DNA of 64,000 nt from an uncultured Hyphomicrobiaceae bacterium (GTDB lineage: Bacteria > Pseudomonadota > Alphaproteobacteria > Rhizobiales > CAMYJA01). The notes below the pieces were generated by a model. The model was given only the letters and a program-made list of their open reading frames with translations. It was not told the origin of the DNA and searched no databases. Shown here piece by piece: positions 20,523 through 29,729 of the stretch; position 1 is the stretch's first letter, and every line of letters begins with the position of its first letter. The stretch is from NCBI GenBank assembly GCA_947258705.1, contig CAMYJA010000002.1, forward strand, positions 10,263 through 74,262. The letters are read 5' to 3'. The position numbers and the translations under genes are program-made.

Positions 20523-21293
20523 ATGCCGGAACTTGACGTTCATCTTTTTACATGCCGGAGCGACAATTATGGCGTCCTCTTACATGACCGCGATACAAAT
20601 AAAACGCTGTCCATCGATGCACCGGAAGCCAATGCCGTGCGCAGTGCGCTCCGGGACCGGGGCTGGTCGCTCGATTACATCCTGACGACGCACCACCATA
20701 CCGATCACGTCGAGGGGAACGAGCCGCTCAAAGCGGAAACAGGCTGTCAGATAATCGGACCGAGCGGGGAAGCCGAGAGGATTCCCGGCATCGATACAGC
20801 GCTCGACGAGGGCGAGGTCTTTGAATTCGGCAGCCGTCAGGTGCAGGTGATTTCAACGCCGGGGCATACCATTGCCCCCAGCACCTATTGGTTGGCTCAG
20901 GACAATCTATTGTTCGCGGGCGATACGCTGTTTTCGATGGGGTGCGGCCGCCTTTTCGAGGGCACGGCGGAGATGATGTGGAATTCGCTTGAAAAGCTCA
21001 TGGCGCTGCCGCCAGATACGCAGATCTATTGCGGCCACGAATACACTTTGTCGAACGGGGAGTTCGCGTTGTCGGTCGAGCCCGGCAATGCGGAGCTGGT
21101 GAAACGGGTCGAGGAGGTGCGCGCCTTGCGGCGTGAGCGCAAGCCCACCCTGCCGGCGGGGCTCGGCCTGGAACTCGCGACAAATCCCTTCTTGCGGCCG
21201 ATGAGCCCGGAAATACGACGCAACCTCGATATGCAAGATGCGGAGAACTGGGAAGTGTTTGGAGCGATCAGGCGCTTGAAGGATCAAAGCTGA
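20523..21293 (+). CDS. gloB: Hydroxyacylglutathione hydrolase (glyoxalase II)
   Basis: It has the metallo-beta-lactamase motif THHHTDH and the GHT and CGHEY blocks. Length is 256 aa. Confidence 0.9.
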   Translation: MPELDVHLFTCRSDNYGVLLHDRDTNKTLSIDAPEANAVRSALRDRGWSLDYILTTHHHTDHVEGNEPLKAETGCQIIGPSGEAERIPGIDTALDEGEVFEFGSRQVQVISTPGHTIAPSTYWLAQDNLLFAGDTLFSMGCGRLFEGTAEMMWNSLEKLMALPPDTQIYCGHEYTLSNGEFALSVEPGNAELVKRVEEVRALRRERKPTLPAGLGLELATNPFLRPMSPEIRRNLDMQDAENWEVFGAIRRLKDQS

Positions 21294-21312
21294 CGTTCTT
21301 TTTCCTCCCTGA

Positions 21313-21380
21313 GAGGCCTGGGCCTTAGGGCCTAGGGCCCAGGGCCCAGGGCCCAGGGCCCAGGGCCCAGGGCCAGGGGG
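21313..21380. repeat. Heptanucleotide tandem array (AGGGCCC)n
   Basis: The sequence reads ..gaggcct gggcctt agggcct (agggccc)x5 agggcc aggggg. Five perfect units span 21334-21368, flanked by degenerate units. Each unit contains the palindrome GGGCCC. Confidence 0.95.
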
Positions 21381-21414
21381 CAAGTGCAGACACAAGCCAT
21401 GGAGGGAATGGCGC

Positions 21415-21855
21415 ATGACCGGTCTATCGGCAGACGACATTATCGCGCAACTCGGCCTGGCGCCGCATCCGGAGGGCGGCTATTTTCGGGAAACCTTCCG
21501 CGATGAAGCCCACTCTGAAAACGGGCGGGCGCACAGCACTGCAATCTATTACCTCTTGAAGCGGGGCGAGATGTCATGGTGGCACCGGGTGGATGCGGCT
21601 GAGATATGGCACCATTATGCCGGGGCGCCCCTTGAACTTTCGATCGTGCAAGAGCGCGCGATTGTGAAATCCGTACTCGGCAAGGATTTCGAGAAGGATC
21701 AACGCCCGCAAATTACAGTGCCCGCCCAGGCCTGGCAAAGTGCCCGCCCCATGGGTGAGTGGGTGCTCGTCGGTTGCACTGTCGCGCCGGGTTTTGAATT
21801 TTCGGGCTTCGAATTGGCCGACGATGATTTCTCGTCTTCGGGCTTTACAGGATAA
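21415..21855 (+). CDS. Cupin-fold protein (DUF985 family)
   Basis: The N-terminal block LGLAPHPEGGYFRETFRD is typical of DUF985 cupins. Length is 146 aa. Confidence 0.75.
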   Translation: MTGLSADDIIAQLGLAPHPEGGYFRETFRDEAHSENGRAHSTAIYYLLKRGEMSWWHRVDAAEIWHHYAGAPLELSIVQERAIVKSVLGKDFEKDQRPQITVPAQAWQSARPMGEWVLVGCTVAPGFEFSGFELADDDFSSSGFTG

Positions 21856-22103
21856 CCTTTACCGGGATTGTCTCCGTGGACGGGGCGTTTAAAACGATTC
21901 GTTTGGCGGGCTAATGAAGCGATTGCTGTTTTGTTTTTCTGCGCTTTTGCAGAAATCCAGTATTGTCCACTGCCTATCCCACACCTGTTTTCCTCTTAAG
22001 TGTCTGTAATATAACATTAAAATCAATCCCACTCATTCTCCCCCGGTACAGGCGCTTGCGGTCTTGTGGCCACTGACTAAACTACTTTTATTGATTCTAT
22101 TAA

Positions 22104-24017
22104 ATGCGGGTAGTGGGGGTAATTCAGATGGAGCAAGGTTCATCGCAACCGTGCTTAAGCGCACTTTTTGTCGATTACGACAATATTTATCTATCTTTAA
22201 AACGGAAAAACGAAGAGGCTGCCAGGCGATTTGCAAAAAATGCAGGCCTGTGGTTGCGAGAGATCGATTCCGGCGCGCTTATTACTCCGACCAATGCGCC
22301 CACATTGCCTTTAGATCGGCGAATTGTTCTCAATCGCTGTTATGGAAACCCGGTTCCGCGGCGGAGCAATAAAGACAATTCCACCGACATGAATTCCTTC
22401 CCGTTCGTGCGGCATCATTTCTTGCGCGCGGGATCGGAAATCATCGATTGCCCGCCGCTTACGGCACAGCTTAAAAATTCGTCCGATATCAGAATGGTCA
22501 TGGACATCCGAGACCTCCTGACTCACGATACCTATTATGACGAGTTTATCATTCTATCGGGAGATGCCGATTTCACGCCTGTGCTACATCGCCTGCGGGC
22601 TCATGCAAGGCGTACGATCATTTACGCCAATGACCATACGGCAACCCCTTATACCGCAATCTGCGACGGTGAAATTCAGGAAAAAGACCTGATCAACCTG
22701 CTCGTTACGGGGCATGTCACGGAAAGCAGGTCGGTGGGCACCGAAACGCACGGACATGACGGCCCTGAAAATTCGGAAATTCTCAGGACGCGCATTGTCG
22801 ACGAAATTATCGTTGCGATATCAGAGGCCGATGCGCCCGTACCGATTGAATCGCTTGCCGATCGTGCACAACGGAATGTCGGTCATGAGATGACGATCGG
22901 AACCAATTGGGTCGGGCATGGTAATTTTTTGACATTTCTGGCTGAAAACCTCCCGGATCACATCGAGCTCACGGATCAGGCGCCTTATCTGGCCTTTGAC
23001 AAGAGCCGGATGAACCTGTCTACGCCGGACCCCGCAACCCTTACCGAGCAGGTCGAGACTGTGGCAGTGGCGCAGGACGAAGTGGCGGAAACACCCGTAC
23101 CGGCTATGCCTAAGGGGCCTGCCGATGCCGCTTTGGGCACGATCCTTTCAGACATGGCCAGCGATGCTGCGTTGCCCGAGGCAACGGATCATGGCGTCGC
23201 TCCGGAGGCTGCTCCGGCAGCTCCCACGGTACCTGAAGCCAGGCCGGTTGCCCCGGCACCTGAAGCCAGGCCGGTTGCGCCGGCATTTGACGTCACAGCC
23301 GTGGCTGCGGCTCCGCAAGCCAATGCCACGACCGAGCCCCCCATGGCGTCGGCACAGGCATCACTGGATGCAAGCACCGCGATACAACGCTCAATTGCGC
23401 GTATCCATGACGCATGTCAGGCACCGCCGTTGGCTCCTCCCGAATACAGGCTTGTATTTGAGATGATTTCGGAGGAACTTCAGGAAAACGGTCTGCACGG
23501 GCAGGCGACAGCGAACAGTGTTGTGGCGCGCGCGGCTGCACTGGCCGTTGATTTCAAGCCTGACGATGTTCGTTTTATCATCGATGTCATCAGCGAAGCG
23601 GATCCATGGTTTGAGCAGGGTGCATCTGCCAATCTGTTCGCGGGACGGTTCCGAAATTTCGTCGTTGCACGTTGTCGTGGACAGGGATTGCAGCTGACCA
23701 TCGACGAGCTTGATCTTATCGATGCGTGGTTTGCGGGTCAGAACAGCCCGGCCCAGGTGCCGGAATCGGGACAAGGTGTACCATTGGTGGAAAATGGCGC
23801 ACCTGTTTCTGAAAGCGCCATTCAGAAAGCATCGCAGGATCAAATTATGCCCGAACAGGAAAAATCGGCGCCTCTTTCCCCTCCAGCGGTTGCATCCATG
23901 ACACCGCAGGTTGAACCGGGTGCTGCGCCATCGCCGGACTCTCAATCCATTGATTCGGGCGAGCCGATGGGAGAGGATGAGCTGCCTCGTATCGTGAGGT
24001 CGCGTCTGCGCGGCTAG
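22104..24017 (+). CDS. NYN (LabA-like) domain protein with LOTUS/OST-HTH-like modules and Pro/Ala-rich linkers
   Basis: NYN acidic motifs are present: LFVDYDNIY near the N-terminus and ILSGDADFTPVLHRLR. Downstream, the segment ..PIESLADRAQ..GHGNFLTFLAENLPDHIEL.. resembles LOTUS. The alternative start ATG 22128 has a better SD (GGGGG). Confidence 0.7.
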   Translation: MRVVGVIQMEQGSSQPCLSALFVDYDNIYLSLKRKNEEAARRFAKNAGLWLREIDSGALITPTNAPTLPLDRRIVLNRCYGNPVPRRSNKDNSTDMNSFPFVRHHFLRAGSEIIDCPPLTAQLKNSSDIRMVMDIRDLLTHDTYYDEFIILSGDADFTPVLHRLRAHARRTIIYANDHTATPYTAICDGEIQEKDLINLLVTGHVTESRSVGTETHGHDGPENSEILRTRIVDEIIVAISEADAPVPIESLADRAQRNVGHEMTIGTNWVGHGNFLTFLAENLPDHIELTDQAPYLAFDKSRMNLSTPDPATLTEQVETVAVAQDEVAETPVPAMPKGPADAALGTILSDMASDAALPEATDHGVAPEAAPAAPTVPEARPVAPAPEARPVAPAFDVTAVAAAPQANATTEPPMASAQASLDASTAIQRSIARIHDACQAPPLAPPEYRLVFEMISEELQENGLHGQATANSVVARAAALAVDFKPDDVRFIIDVISEADPWFEQGASANLFAGRFRNFVVARCRGQGLQLTIDELDLIDAWFAGQNSPAQVPESGQGVPLVENGAPVSESAIQKASQDQIMPEQEKSAPLSPPAVASMTPQVEPGAAPSPDSQSIDSGEPMGEDELPRIVRSRLRG

Positions 24018-24139
24018 GCAGTCTCGCAATGGCCGCAAGCGCAATGCGAGGCCTTTTGCGGCTGAACCTAAAAGTCCGGAACGCCGTAGTTGCGTGCTTG
24101 CCGGGCTTTATCATGGGCGAATGAAATTTTCGCCACGTT

Positions 24140-24865
24140 TTACGACGTCAGATATTGGCCGCCGTTTGCGGTAATTGTCGAGCCGGTGATGAATGCGGCG
24201 TCATCGCTCGCCAGGAATGCGACGCATTTGGCAATTTCATCGGCCGTTCCGAGACGGCCCACGGGAATTTGCGCAATGATGCTCTCAAGCACTTTCTCGG
24301 GCACAGCCGCGACCATTTCCGTATTGATATAGCCTGGCGCAATGGCGTTGACCGTTATGCCCTTGCGCGCCGTCTCCTGGGCCAGGGCTTTCGTGAAGCC
24401 GATTACGCCGGCTTTCGCCGCCGAATAGTTGGTCTGGCCCATCTGACCCTTTTGTCCGTTGATCGACGAGATATTGATGATGCGGCCCCAGTTGCGCTCA
24501 CGCATGCCGTCTATGACGGGGCGGGTCATGTTGAACATGGAGCTCAGGTCGACCCGGATTACATCGTTCCATTTCTCAGGTGTGAGTTTGTGCAGCATTC
24601 CGTCCCGCGTTATGCCCGCATTGTTGACGACAATTTCAACAGGGCCCAGATCATTTTCGACCGTTAGAATTCCCTCGGCGCAGGCGTCAAAGTCGCCGAC
24701 GTCCCATTTGTAGACCGGTATTCCATTCTCGGCCTGGAACTTTTGCGCGGCCTCGTCATTGCCGCCGTAATTCGCAGCAACACGGTGGCCTTTCGCCTTT
24801 AGTCCAAGAGATATTGCCTCGCCGATGCCACGGGTACCCCCGGTTACAATTGCTACTTTTCCCAC
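24140..24865 (-). CDS. phaB: Acetoacetyl-CoA reductase
   Basis: It is an SDR with TGGTRGIG and the catalytic YSAAK. The GTG start at 24865 is preceded by GGGGAG and gives about 241 aa. The track ORF is extended upstream to 24916. Confidence 0.9.
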   Translation of the reverse strand: MGKVAIVTGGTRGIGEAISLGLKAKGHRVAANYGGNDEAAQKFQAENGIPVYKWDVGDFDACAEGILTVENDLGPVEIVVNNAGITRDGMLHKLTPEKWNDVIRVDLSSMFNMTRPVIDGMRERNWGRIINISSINGQKGQMGQTNYSAAKAGVIGFTKALAQETARKGITVNAIAPGYINTEMVAAVPEKVLESIIAQIPVGRLGTADEIAKCVAFLASDDAAFITGSTITANGGQYLTS

Positions 24866-24955
24866 TTTTTTCTCCCCTTTTGACTTCGCGCTTCCGTAGA
24901 ACATCTGGCGCTGCAAGGCGCACTACCGGCGACGCGCTTTAACGCAAGGTAATGA

Positions 24956-26146
24956 TTAACGCTCGACGCACATGGCAATGCCCATGCCGCCGCCGATGCA
25001 CAAGGTCGTCAGCCCTTTTTTGGCGTCACGGCGCTTCATTTCATAAAGCAAGGTGGTAAGCACCCGGGCGCCTGATGCGCCGATGGGGTGGCCGATGGCA
25101 ATGGCGCCGCCATTGACGTTGACTTTTTCCGTGTCCCATCCAATACCTTTGTTGACTGCGCAGGCCTGTGCCGCAAAGGCTTCGTTTGCCTCGACCAGAT
25201 CGAGATCATCATGTGACCAGCCGGCATTCTCGAGGGCTTTCTTCGAGGCCGGTATCGGACCGGTGCCCATGATTGAAGGATCGACGCCCGCCTGTGCCCA
25301 GGAAGCGATCCTGGCAAGTGGCTCCAATCCGCGCTTTTCCGCCTCGCTGGCTTTCATGAGAACAAGCGCGGCGGCGCCGTCATTAATGCCGCTCGCATTA
25401 GCCGCGGTGATGCTGCCATCCTTTGCAAAGGCAGGACGCATCTTGGTCAGGTCGCCAATCTCGACGCCCTTTCTGATATATTCGTCTTCTTCGAAAATTG
25501 TTTCGCCCTTGCGGGTTTTGACTGTTACCGGTGTAATTTCATCCTTGAAATGACCGGCTTTTTGCGCCGCCTCGGCCTTGTTCTGCGAGGCGACGGCAAA
25601 TTCGTCCTGCTCATCGCGGGTGATCTGCCATTGCTTGGCGACGTTTTCAGCGGTCGTGCCCATGTGGTAACCGTTAAACGCATCCCAAAGGCCGTCCTTG
25701 ATCATGGTGTCTATGAAATTCATGTCGCCCATTTTGGTGCCGTTTCTGAGATGCGCGCAATGGGGCGAAAGGCTCATGGATTCCTGGCCGCCGGCGACAA
25801 CAATCGATGAGCTGCCCGTTTCGATCTGCTGGGCAGCGAGCGCCACGGCGCGAAGGCCGGAGCCGCAAACCTGGTTCACGCTCCAGGCCGGAGAGTCGAC
25901 AGGAATGCCGGCATTGACGGAAGCCTGACGCGCCGGATTTTGCCCCGCGCCTGCGGTCAGAATCTGACCGAGAATAGTTTCGTCGACGTCCGCCGGTTCG
26001 ATTCCGGCGCGATCTATGGCGGCCATGATCGCGGTCTTTCCTAGATCATGGGCGGGTTGACTCGATATCGTTCCGTTAAAACTGCCGACCGGTGTCCGCG
26101 CCGCACTTGCAATAACGATCGAGTCCGTCTCAGAATTTTTGCTCAT
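24956..26146 (-). CDS. phaA: Acetyl-CoA acetyltransferase (beta-ketothiolase)
   Basis: It has the thiolase active-site block [11 protein letters not shown] and the C-terminal GGGMG. It lies adjacent to phaB and phaR. Confidence 0.9.
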   Translation of the reverse strand: MSKNSETDSIVIASAARTPVGSFNGTISSQPAHDLGKTAIMAAIDRAGIEPADVDETILGQILTAGAGQNPARQASVNAGIPVDSPAWSVNQVCGSGLRAVALAAQQIETGSSSIVVAGGQESMSLSPHCAHLRNGTKMGDMNFIDTMIKDGLWDAFNGYHMGTTAENVAKQWQITRDEQDEFAVASQNKAEAAQKAGHFKDEITPVTVKTRKGETIFEEDEYIRKGVEIGDLTKMRPAFAKDGSITAANASGINDGAAALVLMKASEAEKRGLEPLARIASWAQAGVDPSIMGTGPIPASKKALENAGWSHDDLDLVEANEAFAAQACAVNKGIGWDTEKVNVNGGAIAIGHPIGASGARVLTTLLYEMKRRDAKKGLTTLCIGGGMGIAMCVER

Positions 26147-26398
26147 TTACTCCTCCTCGCTTGGCGCTCCATATCAAAAACATTCGTACTCAGCGGCATA
26201 ACACTAACAGGCTTTGATCGTAAAATCTTACGAATTTGATGCGTTTTCCAGGGAATCGATGCGGTAATTGCGAATTCTTTTCATTACTGAAACCGGGTCC
26301 GTGTTCAGGGGCGCAAAGTCGGGATACGGTCCGGGGGCGAACCACAAAATGCTGCATGTGCGCGGCTCTGGTCAATCGCATGGTAAACGTGCTAAATT

Positions 26399-26409
26399 TT
26401 GCAGTGCAA
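26399..26409. promoter_or_regulatory. Palindrome TTGCAGTGCAA upstream of phaR (candidate PhaR operator, TGC-N3-GCA core)
   Basis: A perfect 11-nt palindrome lies about 40 nt upstream of the phaR GTG start. My recollection is that a TGC-N3-GCA-type core is reported for PhaR autoregulatory sites in alphaproteobacteria. This is a pattern match only. Confidence 0.3.
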
Positions 26410-26448
26410 TAACGATGAATGTAACCGGCAAGAATAACGGGTGACTAT

Positions 26449-27096
26449 GTGACTAAAGACGACGACACGATTATCATCAAGAAATATACAAATCGCAGAC
26501 TTTATAATACTGCGACGAGTTCGTATGTGACGCTCGATAATCTTGTGGAGCTTGTCAGGGAGGAAAAAGATTTTATCGTTCGAGACGCCAAGACCGGTGC
26601 CGACCTGACTCACAACATTCTGACGCAGATCATTGTGGATGAGGAGTCGAAGGGCCAAAGCCTCCTTCCGACGAATTTCCTCAAACAACTTATCCGGTTT
26701 TACGGGCAGGGAATGCATCATTTCGTGCCCAGCTACCTCGAGCTTTCACTTGAGTCGCTAACGCGACAGCAGGAGCGCTATCAGGAACAGTTCGGCAGTT
26801 CGGCATTTGAAGCAATGCAGAGCCAGGCCAGGCAAAACCTGGCCATGTTCGAGAAAACGCTGGCCATGTTCAATCCCTTCGCCGCAACTGGACTGAATAC
26901 GGAGGGTGGGGGAGAAGAAACATTCGAGGCGGAGGACGAAGCCGAGGCCCCTCCCGCCAGAGCGCGCAAGACCGGTCGAAAGGCAAAGTCAGGTAAAAAA
27001 ACACCAGCAGAGGCCACAGATGACCTGACCGAGTTGCAGCTAGAATTTGCGGCAATGCAGAAAAAACTCGAACGCCTCACGAAAAAGAACGATTAA
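26449..27096 (+). CDS. phaR: Polyhydroxyalkanoate synthesis repressor PhaR
   Basis: The N-terminal block IIIKKYTNRRLYNTATSSYVTL is the PHB_acc_N/PhaR signature. Length is 215 aa. Confidence 0.9.
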   Translation: MTKDDDTIIIKKYTNRRLYNTATSSYVTLDNLVELVREEKDFIVRDAKTGADLTHNILTQIIVDEESKGQSLLPTNFLKQLIRFYGQGMHHFVPSYLELSLESLTRQQERYQEQFGSSAFEAMQSQARQNLAMFEKTLAMFNPFAATGLNTEGGGEETFEAEDEAEAPPARARKTGRKAKSGKKTPAEATDDLTELQLEFAAMQKKLERLTKKND

Positions 27097-27188
27097 GTCC
27101 GTTCCTTTTCGTCCCATTTCGTTCCGTCCCGTCTCTTCCCGTCCTGGACCGGCCCCGTTCACACCGAAGCGCTGTCGGATGGAACCAT

Positions 27189-29030
27189 TTAGCTGCTGCT
27201 TGAGCAGCCTTCCTGTTCCTCGTCCTCTGAAAACGGTTCGGTTGCAAGCGTGTGCATCTTTGGCATTCCGTAAAGGCTGCCCTGCAGGAAGTCGACTCCC
27301 GCCGCCGTCATCAGCTTGGCGGTTTCCTCGTCGCCAACCCATTCGACCACTGTCGTGAGACCGAACTTCTTCGCGAGTTCGATAAGGGTTTCGACGAACA
27401 TCAGATTTTCAGGATCGGACGTGATGTTTCTCATGAAGGATCCATCGATCTTGACCATATCGACACCGAAATGGCGCAGGTTTTGGAATGACGTATAACC
27501 GGCGCCGAAATCGTCGATCGCGACGCGGCATCCGAGATCTTGCAGCGTGTCGACGAAATTTACAGTTTCATCAAGATCCCGTATTGCAGAGGTCTCGGTG
27601 ATTTCGATAATCATGCGTTCGCGAATATCCCGCCGGCCCTGCGTCAGCGAATGCAAGGTGATCAACCAGTCATGGTCGGATGTGGTTTGCCCGGAAACAT
27701 TCAAGGAAAGATTCATTGATTTGTTTTCGGTCAGGATTGCGATTGCCATCTCGAGAACGCGGTGGTCAAGATATCCCATCAGACCGAGTTTCTCGGCTAT
27801 GGGAACAATTTCCGCAGCCGATATGAGTTCGCCGGAATCGCCCCTCATGCGCACCAGACATTCATAAAAATCCGGTTCGTGCGTTTGAGCCGACACGATC
27901 GGTTGCAGCGCCAGTACCATGCGATTGTCATTCAGAGCCGCGATGATGTCGTCGGCCATCATCTTGCTGTGGGTGCGGCTTGCAACGGTACTTTCCCAGG
28001 AATTCAGGAGTGTGAATTTGTTTTGGTGGCCGACACGTGCCTGATTGAGCGCCTCATGGGCCAGGCTTAGTGTGTCCTGGACGGTTTCAGCCTGATCGGG
28101 AATAATGACTCCGCCTATGGCGAGGGTCGCGCCGAGTGTGGTGTCCGCGACATGAATCGGCGCGCTACGCACGATATCCAGCAGGCGGTTGGCCACATGC
28201 TGCATTGCTTCGTGACCGCAATCGTGAAGAAGAATTCCGAACTTGTTTGCGGTGTGACGGCCGATGCGGCCGTCCGACCTCAAGGTCGAAGCCAAACGCT
28301 GGCCGATGATGGAGAGAACCTCATCGCCGACATCATATCCATATGTGTCGTTGATGAAGCTAAGATTTTCTACAGCAGCGAGGAGAAAAATACTCGTTGT
28401 ATTGTTCTCTATGGTGCGCCCGATTGAGGATCTTATTTCCCGGATAAGATGAGCTCTGTTGAGCTGAAGGGTCACCTCGTCATGGGTCGCAAGAAACTTC
28501 AGATCCTCAAGCTCCTCTTGAGCGTCAGTCACGATGTGCAGGATGCCGCGTACCGCGAGAGAACCGGTTTCAACATTTACGAAACCATAACCCTCATCTT
28601 TTATCCAGATATGGCTGTTGTGGTCCCACGGATCGGGGAAGAATTTGTAGACAATTGAAAAAGGCGCTGATTTTTGACCGGCAGCAATCGAGTTTTTGAT
28701 TGCTTCAGCCCGGACCAGTGCGCCTTCCGGCCCGATATGCTTGAGCAAATCATCATGGCTCGAGACCATCAAATCGCGGGGCAGATCGAGAATGGAGCGG
28801 ACATCATTGCCCCATGTAAAAACGTCCGACTTAATATCCCATTGATAAAATGCTTCACCGGCCCTGCCGAGGATGTCGTCGATCAGTTCCTGACGCATGC
28901 CGGTGCCGCCATCAGTGTTGGAGACGATATCGTCCTCACTGATCACCGATGGTTCGGCGCTCGGGGTTTCGAGCAAATCCGGTTCCTGGGAGTGATCGCG
29001 CACAGTGCGGCGCCCGCTGGGTTTACTCAC
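27189..29030 (-). CDS. Signalling protein with a PAS-like N-terminus, a degenerate GGDEF domain and an EAL (ECL variant) phosphodiesterase domain
   Basis: The GGDEF region INDTYGYDVGDEVL..GRIGRHTANKFGILL carries TANKF in place of GGDEF. The EAL domain has YECLVRM, EITE, DDFGAGYTSF, KIDGSF and QGSLYG. Confidence 0.85.
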   Translation of the reverse strand: MSKPSGRRTVRDHSQEPDLLETPSAEPSVISEDDIVSNTDGGTGMRQELIDDILGRAGEAFYQWDIKSDVFTWGNDVRSILDLPRDLMVSSHDDLLKHIGPEGALVRAEAIKNSIAAGQKSAPFSIVYKFFPDPWDHNSHIWIKDEGYGFVNVETGSLAVRGILHIVTDAQEELEDLKFLATHDEVTLQLNRAHLIREIRSSIGRTIENNTTSIFLLAAVENLSFINDTYGYDVGDEVLSIIGQRLASTLRSDGRIGRHTANKFGILLHDCGHEAMQHVANRLLDIVRSAPIHVADTTLGATLAIGGVIIPDQAETVQDTLSLAHEALNQARVGHQNKFTLLNSWESTVASRTHSKMMADDIIAALNDNRMVLALQPIVSAQTHEPDFYECLVRMRGDSGELISAAEIVPIAEKLGLMGYLDHRVLEMAIAILTENKSMNLSLNVSGQTTSDHDWLITLHSLTQGRRDIRERMIIEITETSAIRDLDETVNFVDTLQDLGCRVAIDDFGAGYTSFQNLRHFGVDMVKIDGSFMRNITSDPENLMFVETLIELAKKFGLTTVVEWVGDEETAKLMTAAGVDFLQGSLYGMPKMHTLATEPFSEDEEQEGCSSSS

Positions 29031-29188
29031 CTAACCTGCCTCTGCTTTTTTGGAATATTATTTGGCACCATTGCCGACCGGTTCATTTTTTCCGAGGCTA
29101 ATGGGAAAGTCTTAACATCCACCAAAAATGCAATAAATTTTCGCAATTCCAGGTAAGGCAGGCGATCCGTCTCCAATCGGACCACCGC

Positions 29189-29224
29189 AAAAAAAAGACG
29201 GCCATCCGATCTGGATGGCCGTCT
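29189..29224 (-). terminator. Rho-independent terminator for the membrane-protein gene at 29310-29729
   Basis: A 12-bp perfect stem (agacggccatcc / ggatggccgtct) encloses a 5-nt loop. On the minus strand the hairpin is followed by a U8 run, seen as A8 at 29189-29196 on the plus strand. Confidence 0.8.
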
Positions 29225-29309
29225 TGGCGTTATTCAGTACTTCTTTCAGCGCGTATTTTCAAAACAAGCCGGCAGCTGTTTTCTGCCGCGCTGTAGAATT
29301 ACCGGGAGT

Positions 29310-29729
29310 TTAACCGATATCGCTGCCAATCCCGAAGTCGCGGCGGGCCGTGCGAATACCAATAATAGCTCCGGCGATCACGTCGATAATGCTCATTATC
29401 AGGATCATGAAAAATATCGAAGTTGCCGCCTGGGGAACGAGCAGAAACTCGATGATGAAGATTACCGCCAGAATCATCGAAAGGGCCTGATCGGCCAGCC
29501 CCGCGCCGCGGGTGTACGTGGCTTTGATAACTTCTATGGCAAGCAGGACCAGTGAGAGAATGACGATCAGATCGCCAAGATAAAATCTCCATTGTCCGCC
29601 CATGGGCATGCTGACTTCAAAAAGTTCCGACTGGAATATTTCGACCGGATTATCACCGCCGCCAAAAAAGGCGATTACATTATAAAGTATCAACGAAAAT
29701 ACGAGTAACGGTATCGCCTTGACTGACAT
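29310..29729 (-). CDS. Small polytopic membrane protein, conserved hypothetical
   Basis: MSVKAIPLLVFSLILYNVIAFFGG.. has four hydrophobic helices. The start was moved to ATG 29729. The upstream extension in the track ORF is Arg-rich and implausible. Confidence 0.6.
   Translation of the reverse strand: MSVKAIPLLVFSLILYNVIAFFGGGDNPVEIFQSELFEVSMPMGGQWRFYLGDLIVILSLVLLAIEVIKATYTRGAGLADQALSMILAVIFIIEFLLVPQAATSIFFMILIMSIIDVIAGAIIGIRTARRDFGIGSDIG

Noticed and set aside
21313-21380. I considered a CRISPR array or a coding Pro/Gly repeat for the (AGGGCCC)n array.
   Set aside because: The units are 7 nt with no spacers, so it is not a CRISPR array. A 7-nt period cannot maintain a reading frame, and the PGPGPWALGP reading belongs to an antisense shadow ORF.
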